Below are positions 1 to 8,774 of a stretch of 32,188 nt of DNA, in pieces (positions within the stretch are counted from its first letter, which is position 1; each line of letters opens with the position of its first letter). Below the pieces are notes generated by a model. It had not been told where the DNA came from. It saw nothing but the letters and a program-made list of their open reading frames with translations, and did no database searches. Both the position numbers and the translations under genes were made by a program. Source of the DNA: an uncultured Planctomycetia bacterium (GTDB taxonomy: Bacteria; Omnitrophota; Gorgyraeia; Duberdicusellales; 4484-171); the NCBI GenBank assembly GCA_964526615.1, contig CAZGLF010000003.1, forward strand, positions 689 to 32,876. Direction: 5' to 3'.

Positions 1-92
1 ACATCTTTTTGTACCTATGTTTTTCTTTGCTATTATTACTTTAAGCTTTTACTAAAACCTCTATTTCCAACACATACCTAATGATGGATACA
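1..92. repeat. Direct repeat copy 1, truncated by the window edge
   Basis: nt 1-55 are identical to nt 144-198. nt 56-92 match 199-235 at 27 of 37 positions by hand alignment. The period is 143 nt. Confidence 0.8.
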
Positions 93-118
93 ATATTGCG
101 CTTCTGGTTATCAAGTTG

Positions 119-137
119 TCTTTGCCTTTGGCAAAGA
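119..137. other. Perfect 8-bp inverted repeat (hairpin) in the spacer between the two repeat copies
   Basis: tctttgcc-ttt-ggcaaaga. On the plus strand it is followed by a T-rich stretch (ttgtatacatcttttt). There is no T-run after it on the minus strand. Confidence 0.5.
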
Positions 138-143
138 TTGTAT

Positions 144-235
144 ACATCTTTTTGTACCTATGTTTTTCTTTGCTATTATTACTTTAAGCTTTTACTAATA
201 CTATTATCTCCAATACATAATTAATTATGGTTACA
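144..235. repeat. Direct repeat copy 2, ending 2 nt before the infA stop codon
   Basis: See copy 1: the same 55-nt perfect core followed by a flank of about 73 percent identity. Confidence 0.8.
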
Positions 236-237
236 GT

Positions 238-456
238 TTATTTATATCTATATGTTATTCTTCCTCTAGTTAAATCATATGGTGAAAGCTCTAACTTAAC
301 CTTATCTCCCGGTAGTATGCGGATAAAATGCATACGCATTTTACCTGAAACATGAGCAAGAACTAGATGTCCATTTTCTAATTTAACGCGAAACATTGCG
401 TTAGGTAACGCTTCTACAATTTCTCCTTCAACTTCAATTAAATCTTCTTTTGCCAT
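238..456 (-). CDS. infA: Translation initiation factor IF-1
   Basis: 72 aa. [30 protein letters not shown]...RITYRYK is a typical S1-like IF-1. It sits after map as in canonical spc clusters. Confidence 0.97.
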   Translation of the reverse strand: MAKEDLIEVEGEIVEALPNAMFRVKLENGHLVLAHVSGKMRMHFIRILPGDKVKLELSPYDLTRGRITYRYK

Positions 457-459
457 TGT

Positions 460-1206
460 TCATGCAGTTAAAACTATCGGCCCTTTTTTTGTTATTGCTA
501 TTGTATGTTCAAAATGGGCCGATAAAGTTTTATCTTTGGTAGCAGCTGTCCATCCGTCTTCTTTCATCTCAATTTCAAAATTTCCAGCTGAAACCATTGG
601 CTCTACTGCTATTGCAAACCCTTCTTCTAAGGTTTTTCCTTGGCCTTTTTCGCCAAAATTCGGCACTTCAGGAGCCATATGTAATTCTCTCCCAATCCCA
701 TGCCCAACAAATTTTCGGATCACCGAAAAACCATTTTTTTCAACGATATTTTGTATGATACAACCGATATCGCCGATTGTTTTTCCACTTTTGATTTGCT
801 TTATAGCTTCTTGCAATGACTTTTGAGTTACTTTAAGTAATCTTTCCGCCAAAGGTGAAACCCGGCCAACCGCATAAGTGTAGGCAGTATCAACAAATAA
901 ACCTTTATACTTGATGCCTACATCAACACTTACTAAGTCACCGTTGTTTATTTTTTTCTCAGAAGGTATGCCGTGAATGATTTCCTCATTTACCGAAACA
1001 CAACAAGCTGCCGGATACCCCATAAACCCTTTAAAAGCTAAATCCATATCAGGATATTTTTTTATTTCGTTTTCGAAAAATAATTCAATATCTTTGGTTG
1101 TAATCCCGCTTTTGATAAAGGATTTTAATTTTTTTAAAACTCCTGCGGCGACTTTTCCAGCCTTCTTCATTGTTTTTAAATCTTGGGAAGAAAGCGGTTC
1201 GGTCAT
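460..1206 (-). CDS. map: Methionine aminopeptidase, type I
   Basis: 248 aa. Metal ligand contexts are visible (DVG, VDTAYT, GHGIG, AVEP, FEHT). Its ATG overlaps the adk stop (ATGA). Confidence 0.95.
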   Translation of the reverse strand: MTEPLSSQDLKTMKKAGKVAAGVLKKLKSFIKSGITTKDIELFFENEIKKYPDMDLAFKGFMGYPAACCVSVNEEIIHGIPSEKKINNGDLVSVDVGIKYKGLFVDTAYTYAVGRVSPLAERLLKVTQKSLQEAIKQIKSGKTIGDIGCIIQNIVEKNGFSVIRKFVGHGIGRELHMAPEVPNFGEKGQGKTLEEGFAIAVEPMVSAGNFEIEMKEDGWTAATKDKTLSAHFEHTIAITKKGPIVLTA

Positions 1207-1832
1207 TGCAATTTTTCTTTTATACTTTCAAAGATCTCATTCTTATCAGCCTGACCATTAATTTTGATCAGTTTACCTTTATTTCTGTAAAAATCTAAGA
1301 TTTTTTGGCTTTCATTCGAGAAAACCTCCCAACGCTTTTGTATAACATCGGGTTTATCATCGTTTCGCTGCATTAGATCTGAACTGCAACTATCGCATAT
1401 ACCTTCAACTTTTGGAGGCATATTTTGAGTATGGTAAAGATCCCCACAACTTTTGCAGACTCTGCGTTTCGATAAGCGGTCAACGATGGTTTCCTGGTTT
1501 ATATCTAAATAAATAAAAGCGTCTAAATCAGAATTATGCTTAGCTAAAATCTCATCTAGTTTTTCAGCTTGCTCAATGGTGCGCGGATAACCATCTAAAA
1601 TAAAACCATCATAGCTAAGATTTTCTTCAACAACCCGTGCAACGAGCTCATCAGGGACTAATAGGCCTTCTTCCATGTAGCTTTTAACTTCCTTTCCTAG
1701 ATCGCTGTCTTTTTTAACTTCCCCGCGTAATATATCGCCTAAAGAAATACTAGGAACCCCGAAAGATTGTGCCAACATAGTAGCTTGTGTCCCTTTACCT
1801 GAACCTGGTGAACCAAAAAGTATTAATCTCAT
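1203..1832 (-). CDS. adk: Adenylate kinase with a Cys4 zinc lid
   Basis: 209 aa. The P-loop is GSPGSGKGTQ. The lid reads CKSCG...CDSCSS. It has an ATGA overlap with secY. Confidence 0.96.
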   Translation of the reverse strand: MRLILFGSPGSGKGTQATMLAQSFGVPSISLGDILRGEVKKDSDLGKEVKSYMEEGLLVPDELVARVVEENLSYDGFILDGYPRTIEQAEKLDEILAKHNSDLDAFIYLDINQETIVDRLSKRRVCKSCGDLYHTQNMPPKVEGICDSCSSDLMQRNDDKPDVIQKRWEVFSNESQKILDFYRNKGKLIKINGQADKNEIFESIKEKLQ

Positions 1833-3184
1833 CTTCTCCCCTTTAATGCTGAACCTTTAATAAAACCATCGTAATGGCGAACTAATAATTGACCTTCTAT
1901 TTGTTTCATGGTATCAAGGATTACTCCCACCATAATCAAAAGTGTAGTTCCTCCAAATAACGATGCTAATCCATATGAAGGTATATTGAACACACTCATG
2001 ATAATATTTGGAAATATTGCAATAAATCCAATATAAATAGCTCCAATAAAAACAATTCTGGTTGCTACATAATCTAGGTAATTAGCTGTTGGCCTTCCAG
2101 GTCGAATTCCCGGTATAAAACCCCCATATTTTTTAAGATTATTCGAAATCTCTAAGGGATTAAAAACCATAGCAGTATAAAAATACATAAAAAACATTAT
2201 CAATCCTACAAAGATCAGATTATACCAAAGGCCTCGCTGCTGCACAATGTTTTGTAAAAAAGCAACAAATTTATTAGTGCCGGCGAAAAACATTGCAATC
2301 GTTGCCGGAAATGAAATAACGCTACTGGCAAAGATAATCGCGATAACACCTGACATATCGATTTTAATCGGTAGGTAGGTATTTTGGCCGCCGTAAACCC
2401 GCCTGCCAACAACTCTTCGGCCATATTGAACCGGTATCCGGCGTTGAGCCTGAGTAAACAACACAACGGCTACAATCATTAAAACAAAAAGAGCCAGTAA
2501 AGCAATAACTACTGGTGTAGTAACTTGCCTTTGTGAAGGATCGAAAGGTGAATAAAGTATCCAGAGTTGTCTGACTGATGAAGGTATACGGGATATAATG
2601 CTTGCGGTTATTATTATAGATATACCGTTTCCGATACCTCTTTCTTGGATTTGTTCTCCAAGCCACATTATAAAAACAGTTCCGCAAGTAAGTGTTAAGA
2701 TAGTTATTAGTTTAAACATCAAACCCGTATTGGGAACGATGACTATGCCTTGAAAATTATTTGGATTTTCAAGCCAAATTGATAAAAATAAACCCTGTAC
2801 AACACATAAAGCAAAAGTAAAATACCTAGTGTATTGGTTTATTTTTTCATAACCACCCTTACCTTCTTTAGCTATTCTCTCCAATGCCGGAACAACAGCG
2901 GTCAATAACTGCATTATAATCGATGCTGAAATGTAAGGCATTATACCTAAGGCGAATATGCTTAAACGAGTTAAGGCTCCTCCGGTAAAGAGATTAACCA
3001 TGCCTAAAAGCGTTTGTCCTTGAGTTTTTGCTATTTTGTCAAAAAACTGAGTCAAAGCAAATGTGTCAACCCCGGCTGTAGGAATAAAGCAACCTGCGCG
3101 ATAAACTACCAGCAACGATAATGTTATAAGTATCTTCTTTTTCAGGTCTGGTATTTTTAGAATGTTGGCTACCGCTTGAAACAC
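1829..3184 (-). CDS. secY: Preprotein translocase subunit SecY
   Basis: 451 aa polytopic membrane protein in the rplO-secY-adk position. It has an apparent GTG start that overlaps the rplO end by 16 nt. Confidence 0.95.
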   Translation of the reverse strand: MFQAVANILKIPDLKKKILITLSLLVVYRAGCFIPTAGVDTFALTQFFDKIAKTQGQTLLGMVNLFTGGALTRLSIFALGIMPYISASIIMQLLTAVVPALERIAKEGKGGYEKINQYTRYFTFALCVVQGLFLSIWLENPNNFQGIVIVPNTGLMFKLITILTLTCGTVFIMWLGEQIQERGIGNGISIIITASIISRIPSSVRQLWILYSPFDPSQRQVTTPVVIALLALFVLMIVAVVLFTQAQRRIPVQYGRRVVGRRVYGGQNTYLPIKIDMSGVIAIIFASSVISFPATIAMFFAGTNKFVAFLQNIVQQRGLWYNLIFVGLIMFFMYFYTAMVFNPLEISNNLKKYGGFIPGIRPGRPTANYLDYVATRIVFIGAIYIGFIAIFPNIIMSVFNIPSYGLASLFGGTTLLIMVGVILDTMKQIEGQLLVRHYDGFIKGSALKGRR

Positions 3185-3624
3185 TCTATGTTACCTCCTG
3201 CAGACTCAATTATTTCTTTTGCTTTTATTGAAAATTTATCAACCTTAAATAGAGCTTTAACTTTAAAATCTTTATTTATTTTTGCCAATACCTTAACCGG
3301 TTTGGCGGCATCTTTAATTAAATTAAGTTTTTCAAGGACTTCAGGGTTTATTTCTTTGGCTTCAGGTGCTTTTTTCTGAATGTCATCAAGGTTCACCAAT
3401 TGATATTTTACTTTTCGTGGCGGATTAAACCCTCTTTTTGGTAAGACTCTAACCATCGGAAGGTTTCCACCGCGAAAACCAGCATAGGGTAAAGCTTTTC
3501 CGCTCCGCTGACCAGCTCCGTTATGGCCCCGGCCAGAAGTTTTTCCTTTCCCGCTGCCGGTACCACGACCCAATCGTTTAGATTTTTGCTTTTTTGTTCT
3601 TGCTGTTACTTTTGATAAATCCAT
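3169..3624 (-). CDS. rplO: 50S ribosomal protein L15
   Basis: 151 aa with the GRGTGSGKGKTSGRGHNGAGQRSG motif. Its ATG is 3 nt after the rpsE stop. Confidence 0.96.
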   Translation of the reverse strand: MDLSKVTARTKKQKSKRLGRGTGSGKGKTSGRGHNGAGQRSGKALPYAGFRGGNLPMVRVLPKRGFNPPRKVKYQLVNLDDIQKKAPEAKEINPEVLEKLNLIKDAAKPVKVLAKINKDFKVKALFKVDKFSIKAKEIIESAGGNIECFKR

Positions 3625-3627
3625 TTT

Positions 3628-4092
3628 TTACCCTTTTAAATTTTTAAGTCCCACAAAGGTAGCTTTAACTACATTAACCTGATTTCGTGAATTTCCAATA
3701 TTCTTAGTCAATATATCTTTTATTCCAGCACATTCACAAACCGCTCTCACCGGAGAACAAGCTATAACCCCGGTACCCTTACCTGCTGGCTTAAGCATAA
3801 TTTCAACTGCTCCAAATTCGCCGATAATTTGATGCGGAATAGTGGTTCCTTTTCTTTTTATTTCAACTACACTTTTTTTGGCTTTATTTATACCTTTTCT
3901 TATGGCATCAGCAACTTCATTGGCTTTACCAACAGCATAACCGACGCTAGTCTCTCCATCCCCAACTACCACTAAAGCTGAAAACCCTAAATTTTTCCCA
4001 CCTTTAGTTACCTTAGTAGTTCTATTAATAAAAAGAACCTTCTCGATAAACGCTGGTTCTTGGGATTGTTCATTTTTAACTTCTTTGCTCAA
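3628..4092 (-). CDS. rpsE: 30S ribosomal protein S5
   Basis: 154 aa with [25 protein letters not shown]. It has a TTG start in a TTGA overlap with the rplR stop, and GGAGGG lies 7 nt upstream. Confidence 0.95.
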   Translation of the reverse strand: MSKEVKNEQSQEPAFIEKVLFINRTTKVTKGGKNLGFSALVVVGDGETSVGYAVGKANEVADAIRKGINKAKKSVVEIKRKGTTIPHQIIGEFGAVEIMLKPAGKGTGVIACSPVRAVCECAGIKDILTKNIGNSRNQVNVVKATFVGLKNLKG

Positions 4093-4442
4093 AGTTTCAA
4101 CCCTCCTTCTCTTGCGCCCTCAGCTAAGTTTTTCACACGCCCATGATATTTGTACCCGCCCCTATCAAGGCAAACTTTTTGAATTCCTGCCACTTTTGCT
4201 TTTTCAGAAATTAATTTACCTAGCTCTTTAGCACCTTCCTTGTTGCTGGATTTAATATCTTTTTGTTTAAAGTCCTTACTTAAAGTTGAACATCCAGCAA
4301 TAACCCGATCAGAGCTATCGTCAATTAGCTGGGCATAAATATGCTTTTTGCTGCGAAAGACCAACAAACGAGGTTGTTCTTTTGTGCCTTTAACTTTTTT
4401 AGTTATTCTTTTATGTCTGTTTTTTCGTCCTAGCTTCTTCAT
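4089..4442 (-). CDS. rplR: 50S ribosomal protein L18
   Basis: 117 aa with [34 protein letters not shown]. It has an ATGA overlap with rplF. Confidence 0.96.
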   Translation of the reverse strand: MKKLGRKNRHKRITKKVKGTKEQPRLLVFRSKKHIYAQLIDDSSDRVIAGCSTLSKDFKQKDIKSSNKEGAKELGKLISEKAKVAGIQKVCLDRGGYKYHGRVKNLAEGAREGGLKL

Positions 4443-4978
4443 TTTGCTAATGCCTTTCCGAGTTTTTTACGCACCTCTTCGCCGAGATAACGTATTCCTT
4501 TTCCTTTATATGGTTCAGGAGGATATATGCGTCGAATCTTTGCTGCAAACTCACCAACCCTTTGTTTATCTATGCCTTCAATTGTTACTCGTGTTGCACT
4601 GGGAGTTGACACCTTCAATCCTTCCGGCACAGGAATATCTACCGGATGAGAAAAACCAATATTAAGAACAAGACTTTTTCCTTTCATCTGAGCTTTATAA
4701 CCAACTCCATTTATTTCGAGTTCCTTTTTGAAACCTTCGCTTACTCCCTTGACCATATTTGAAATCAATACCCTTATTGTTCCGTGCAAACTTTTTACTT
4801 TCTTACTTTCATTCTCGCGGGTTACCAGGATTTCAGTGTCTTTAATTTCAATTTTTATCCCTAAAGGTATAGGCAACTCTAATTTGTTATTAGAGGCTTC
4901 GACTCGGCAGATGCCGCCTTCAAATTTTATATTTACATTTTTTGGTATTGCTACTGGATTTTTTCCTATTCTTGACAT
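4439..4978 (-). CDS. rplF: 50S ribosomal protein L6
   Basis: 179 aa starting MSRIGKNPVAIPKNV, with GGAG 5 nt upstream. The ORF-track start at 5020 is a TTG inside rpsH and was rejected. Confidence 0.93.
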   Translation of the reverse strand: MSRIGKNPVAIPKNVNIKFEGGICRVEASNNKLELPIPLGIKIEIKDTEILVTRENESKKVKSLHGTIRVLISNMVKGVSEGFKKELEINGVGYKAQMKGKSLVLNIGFSHPVDIPVPEGLKVSTPSATRVTIEGIDKQRVGEFAAKIRRIYPPEPYKGKGIRYLGEEVRKKLGKALAK

Positions 4979-5000
4979 ATCTATCTCCACATATTTTAAT

Positions 5001-5396
5001 TTACCAAATCTTTCCCACAATTTCTCCGCCGATACCTTTTTCTTTTGCTTGCTTGTCCGTTAGCACTCCAGAAGAAGTCGACATTATCGTAATACCATAA
5101 CCTTGCAGGGAAGATGGTACGTCTTCTGCCCGAACATAAACTCTTCTTCCAGGCTTTGAAATTTTCTGTATCTGAGTAATAATAGATTTTTTATTGTCGT
5201 ATTTAAAATAAACTTTTATTTTTTTATATTTTTCAAGGTCAACTTCTTTAAAATTTTCCAAGTAACCTTCCGCTTTAAGGATTTCACAAATTTTAAGCAT
5301 TGCCTTTGAGTAAGGTATATATGCCTCTTCTTTTCGTGCCTTAGAGGCATTTCTAATTACGGTAAATGAATCACTAATTAAATCTGTTCTGCTCAT
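5001..5396 (-). CDS. rpsH: 30S ribosomal protein S8
   Basis: 131 aa. DLISDSFTVIRNASKARKEE and the C-terminal GGEIVGKIW are typical of S8. Confidence 0.96.
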   Translation of the reverse strand: MSRTDLISDSFTVIRNASKARKEEAYIPYSKAMLKICEILKAEGYLENFKEVDLEKYKKIKVYFKYDNKKSIITQIQKISKPGRRVYVRAEDVPSSLQGYGITIMSTSSGVLTDKQAKEKGIGGEIVGKIW

Positions 5397-5415
5397 CTTT
5401 ATCCTTGTTTTAAAA

Positions 5416-5610
5416 TTACCAACTTGCTTTTTTTACGCCGGGAATCAAACCTTGCCAAGCCAACTGACGAAAACAAATCCTACAAAGCTCGAAATCCCTA
5501 ATGTAACCCCTGGGTCTTCCACAAAGCCGGCAGCGATTTTTGCGCCGGGTAGAAAACTTAACTTTCTTTTTCTCTTTTCTCCATTTTTCGATTTTTGCTG
5601 TTGTTGCCAT
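5416..5610 (-). CDS. rpsN: 30S ribosomal protein S14, short zinc-binding (type Z) form
   Basis: 64 aa from [10 protein letters not shown], with CRLCG...CRIC (CxxC-x12-CxxC) and ending KKASW. AGGAGG lies upstream of the ATG at 5610. The ORF-track TTG start at 5634 lies inside rplE. Confidence 0.93.
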   Translation of the reverse strand: MATTAKIEKWRKEKKKVKFSTRRKNRCRLCGRPRGYIRDFELCRICFRQLAWQGLIPGVKKASW

Positions 5611-5611
5611 T

Positions 5612-6181
5612 CTACCTCCTAAATGGAAAACCAAAAAACCTTAGAAGATCTTTACCTTCTTCATCGGTCTTTGCAGTCGTATTAATACTTATATTCATAC
5701 CTTGAGTTCTGCTTATCTTGTCAAGATTAAGCTCTGGAAAAATACTTTGTTCGGTTAAACCAAAGGTGTAATTGCCATTACCATCAAACGCATTTCCTGG
5801 AAGCCCTCTAAAATCCCGGATTCGGGGTATTGCACCGGTTATCAACCGGTCTAAAAACTCATACATCATTTGCTTACGCAAAGTAACACAGCAACCTATT
5901 GGCAAACCTTTTCGTAATTTAAAATTTGAAATTGGTTTACGGGCCCGGCAAATTTTTGGTTTTTGTCCGGTAATCAGTCCAAGCTCTTCACTGGCTTTTT
6001 CAACGATCTTTGCGTCTGAAGTTGCTGCACCAATCCCCATGTTTATTACAATCTTGCTTAATTTAGGGACAGCTAAATTATTAGAATAACCCCATTTCTC
6101 TTTAAGCTGAGGCAATATATTTTCCCGATATTCTTTCAATAAACGAGGCACAGATTGTTCTTTTAAATTGCTCTCTGACAT
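5612..6181 (-). CDS. rplE: 50S ribosomal protein L5
   Basis: 189 aa with [15 protein letters not shown]...[14 protein letters not shown]. It overlaps the rplX end by 19 nt. Confidence 0.96.
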   Translation of the reverse strand: MSESNLKEQSVPRLLKEYRENILPQLKEKWGYSNNLAVPKLSKIVINMGIGAATSDAKIVEKASEELGLITGQKPKICRARKPISNFKLRKGLPIGCCVTLRKQMMYEFLDRLITGAIPRIRDFRGLPGNAFDGNGNYTFGLTEQSIFPELNLDKISRTQGMNISINTTAKTDEEGKDLLRFFGFPFRR

Positions 6182-6477
6182 TTTCTACAAATCCTTGTTT
6201 TACTTTTATCTTTTGCTATATTTACTCCAAACCTTGTTTCTTTATTACAGTTCCCGCAAAATAAGGCGACATTTGAAATATTTATCGGCGAAGGAACTTC
6301 CCTTATACCACCTTGTTCAGCTTCTGAGCGTCGACGGATATGTTTTTTAAGGACATTGACCCCTTCAACAACTACCCGAGAGCCATTAGAGGTTAATTTA
6401 AGAACCTTCCCGGTTTTTCCTTTATCTTTTCCGGCTAAAATTTTTACTTTATCACCTTTTTTGATTTTTAATCCCAT
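6163..6477 (-). CDS. rplX: 50S ribosomal protein L24 with a C-terminal Cys4 zinc ribbon
   Basis: 104 aa. The KOW N-terminus is MGLKIKKGDKVKILAGKDKGKTGKV. The C-terminus reads CGNC...CRKC. Confidence 0.95.
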   Translation of the reverse strand: MGLKIKKGDKVKILAGKDKGKTGKVLKLTSNGSRVVVEGVNVLKKHIRRRSEAEQGGIREVPSPINISNVALFCGNCNKETRFGVNIAKDKSKTRICRKCQRAI

Positions 6478-6489
6478 TTCTCTTTCCTT

Positions 6490-6855
6490 TTAAATTACCT
6501 CGGGAGCTAATGACAATATCTTTCCAAATTTAGCTCTCAATTCTCTAGCTACCGGCCCAAAAACTCTTGTTGCTCTCGGGTTCCCTTGTTTATCTATGAC
6601 TACGCAAGCATTTTTATCAAATTTAATAGCCAACCCGTCTTTACGCTTAATCGGAAAGTGGGTTCTTACTATAACTGCGCGAACGACTTCACCTTTTTTT
6701 ATTGGCGCATTAGGTAGAGCTTCTTTAACACTGCCGGTTATAATATCGCCAATATCGGCATGATCTTTATTTTTTTTCCCAATTACGCCGATAAAAGCAA
6801 CTTTTTTTGCCCCACTGTTATCAGCCACATCTAATTTTGTTCTAAGATAAATCAT
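6490..6855 (-). CDS. rplN: 50S ribosomal protein L14
   Basis: 121 aa with [18 protein letters not shown]. It has an ATGA overlap with rpsQ. Confidence 0.97.
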   Translation of the reverse strand: MIYLRTKLDVADNSGAKKVAFIGVIGKKNKDHADIGDIITGSVKEALPNAPIKKGEVVRAVIVRTHFPIKRKDGLAIKFDKNACVVIDKQGNPRATRVFGPVARELRAKFGKILSLAPEVI

Positions 6856-7112
6856 TTTATTATCTCCAGCAATTTAAAGTTTTTCTCTTTCGAGTAAGGT
6901 CTTGATTCAATGATCTTAACGCGGTCGCCAATTTTTGCGTTGTTGTCTTTATCGTGTACATGATATTTTTTCTGCTTTATTGTTGATTTCTTATAGAGCT
7001 GGTGTGAAATTTTTCTTTTCACCAAAACAACACAGGTTTTATCCATTTTATCGGAAATAACTAAACCTTCTACTATTTTACCTTTTCCCACCTTTAGCTC
7101 CTTCGTTTTCAT
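6852..7112 (-). CDS. rpsQ: 30S ribosomal protein S17
   Basis: 86 aa with [16 protein letters not shown]. The start is ambiguous. The ATG at 7112 has no SD, whereas the in-frame GTG at 7091 has AAGGAG 6 nt upstream. Confidence 0.9.
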   Translation of the reverse strand: MKTKELKVGKGKIVEGLVISDKMDKTCVVLVKRKISHQLYKKSTIKQKKYHVHDKDNNAKIGDRVKIIESRPYSKEKNFKLLEIIK

Positions 7113-7281
7113 TCATTACAGTTAAAATTTTTGCAATGCTTTTTTTAACTTCTTTAAATTGATGTGGTTTTTCCACACCCCCTTTTCGCTTAAATTGCAA
7201 TTGCATAAGCTGTTTATGTAATTCATTCATTTTATCTTGCAATTCTTCCTTGGATAGTCCTCGTAAATCTTTTATCTTCAC
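7078..7281 (-). CDS. rpmC: 50S ribosomal protein L29
   Basis: 67 aa with LRGLSKEELQDKMNELHKQLMQLQFKR. It has a GTG start with GGAGA 6 nt upstream, and its 3' end overlaps rpsQ. Confidence 0.93.
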   Translation of the reverse strand: MKIKDLRGLSKEELQDKMNELHKQLMQLQFKRKGGVEKPHQFKEVKKSIAKILTVMNENEGAKGGKR

Positions 7282-7296
7282 TTTATTTCTCCGATA

Positions 7297-7707
7297 TTAA
7301 CGTTTTCTGGTAACAAACATTGTTTTAAATGGCAGTTTATAGGCAATGAGTCTAAACGAGGCTCTTGCATAGTCTTCAGGTACTCCACCCATTTCAAATA
7401 TAATTCTACCGCGTCTTATAACTGCTACCCAACTCTCGACCTCGCCTTTTCCTTTTCCTTGACGAGATTCAGCAGGTTTTTTAGTTACCGGTTTGTCAGG
7501 AAAAACTCTTATCCAAAGCTTTCCACCGCGGCGCAAACGCCGAGTTAAAACAACACGGGTTGTTTCAATTTGATTATTCTTAAGCCACCCTGCTTCAAGC
7601 GCTTTAATCCCATATTCACCAAAAGCTACGCTTGACCCGCTTACTGCGACTCCTTTACGTTTTCCACGCTGTGTTTTTCGGTATTTTACTCTTTTTGGTA
7701 TAAGCAT
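7297..7707 (-). CDS. rplP: 50S ribosomal protein L16
   Basis: 136 aa with [19 protein letters not shown]. Confidence 0.97.
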   Translation of the reverse strand: MLIPKRVKYRKTQRGKRKGVAVSGSSVAFGEYGIKALEAGWLKNNQIETTRVVLTRRLRRGGKLWIRVFPDKPVTKKPAESRQGKGKGEVESWVAVIRRGRIIFEMGGVPEDYARASFRLIAYKLPFKTMFVTRKR

Positions 7708-7708
7708 T

Positions 7709-8395
7709 TTATCTCTTTCCTTGTCCTTGTTCTTGTTCGTCTTTAGTAATTAAATAACTGCCTAACTGCTTCTCACCTTTATAGATCCACACTTTAACGC
7801 CAATAGTTCCGTAGGTAGTTTTAGCGATATGATATCCATAATCAATATCGGCCCTAAAAGTTTGAAGAGGCACCTTGCCATACTTATAAGATTCTTTCCG
7901 GGCAATCTCAACCCCTCCCAACCTTCCGGAGCAGCGGATTTTTATCCCTTCGCCACCTAAAGAGGTTGCTTGCTGTATAGCTCTTTTCATAGCTCTTCTA
8001 AAATTTACCCTTCTGGTAAGTTGAAAGCCGATTAATTCAGCGACTAATTGCGCCTCTAAAGCCGGCTCGAAGACCTCTTCGACGTCAATCATGATTTCTT
8101 TTTTAGTCAAATTACCTAATTCTTGTTTTACCCGTTCGATATCTTGGCCTCTCCTTCCGATAATAACACCGGGACGTGAAGTTTTCACACGAATCCTAAT
8201 AGCGCTTTGAGAAACCCTTTCAACAATGATAGTTGAAATCGAACCTTTATGGTAATTAGCTTTAATGCGTTCTCTAATTTTTAAATCTTCTTCTAAAAAA
8301 TCAGCATATTCGCTTTTCCGTGAAGAAAACCAACGTGAGAGCCAATCTTTGCCAAAACCAATCCTTAATATGTATGGATGAACTTTTTGTCCCAT
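7709..8395 (-). CDS. rpsC: 30S ribosomal protein S3
   Basis: 228 aa with [23 protein letters not shown] and a KH-domain context. Confidence 0.97.
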   Translation of the reverse strand: MGQKVHPYILRIGFGKDWLSRWFSSRKSEYADFLEEDLKIRERIKANYHKGSISTIIVERVSQSAIRIRVKTSRPGVIIGRRGQDIERVKQELGNLTKKEIMIDVEEVFEPALEAQLVAELIGFQLTRRVNFRRAMKRAIQQATSLGGEGIKIRCSGRLGGVEIARKESYKYGKVPLQTFRADIDYGYHIAKTTYGTIGVKVWIYKGEKQLGSYLITKDEQEQGQGKR

Positions 8396-8398
8396 AGT

Positions 8399-8758
8399 TT
8401 ATTTCTTTTTTACTCCTTCGATTAATTTTTCAGGTGTATCGAGCTCCACTAAGATATGTGAAGTTCTCTTCTTAATCATTACAGCCCGTCCAAAAGCAGC
8501 AGCCCTAAAACGCCTTAAAGCTGGCCCAGGATTTGCAACTACCTTAGAAATATACAATTTATCTTCTTGATAACCTTTATTTTTCGCATTTGAAAGGGCT
8601 GATTTAATAACTTTTTCCAATAAATGAGCACCTTTCTTGTTAACCAATTTAAGTTGTGATATCGTCTGCTTTGCGTTTCGGCCTTTAACCAAATCTATAA
8701 CCAGACGAATTTTAGTTGGTGAAATCCTTATATATTTTGCTTCTGCTCTTGCTACCAT
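8399..8758 (-). CDS. rplV: 50S ribosomal protein L22
   Basis: 119 aa with AKYIRISPTKIRLVIDLVKGRN, in the S19-L22-S3 order. Confidence 0.96.
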   Translation of the reverse strand: MVARAEAKYIRISPTKIRLVIDLVKGRNAKQTISQLKLVNKKGAHLLEKVIKSALSNAKNKGYQEDKLYISKVVANPGPALRRFRAAAFGRAVMIKKRTSHILVELDTPEKLIEGVKKK

Positions 8759-8774
8759 AGTTTACCTGCTTAAA

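Noticed and set aside
81-224. Calling the 47-codon plus-strand ORF (or the 28-codon minus-strand ORF at 83-169) as a CDS.
   Set aside because: The plus-strand ATG has no SD. Substitutions between copies are almost all non-synonymous, and the AT-rich sequence readily yields F/Y/L/C-rich frames. I kept it only as a hypothesis under the repeat finding.
1-235. The terminal repeats as a CRISPR array.
   Set aside because: Only two copies are visible. The repeat unit is at least 92 nt with a degenerate half, the spacer is about 51 nt, and there is no cas context. This does not match CRISPR repeat geometry.
1-237. A hidden rpmJ (L36) gene downstream of infA.
   Set aside because: Hand translation of the minus strand gives only MYWR*, a 28-aa peptide, and MCWK*. 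None resembles the MKV..S.K..C..C...R.G...C.NP.HKQ.Q pattern of L36.
2215-2687. Two minus-strand ORFs (83 and 107 aa) nested within secY in other frames.
   Set aside because: They are alternative frames of a clearly identified secY. They have no independent signal, and their composition looks like out-of-frame translation.
4979-5020. N-terminal extensions of ORF-track calls: rplF (TTG at 5020), rpsN (TTG at 5634), ligA (ATG at 29380) and rplA (ATG at 25517).
   Set aside because: The extensions run into the preceding gene and add residues that are absent from family N-termini. Downstream ATGs with proper SD spacing give canonical N-termini ([40 protein letters not shown]).
7078-7112. A programmed frameshift or gene fusion at the rpmC/rpsQ overlap.
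   Set aside because: Both proteins have normal lengths and termini. The overlap is explained by ordinary start-site choice and translational coupling.
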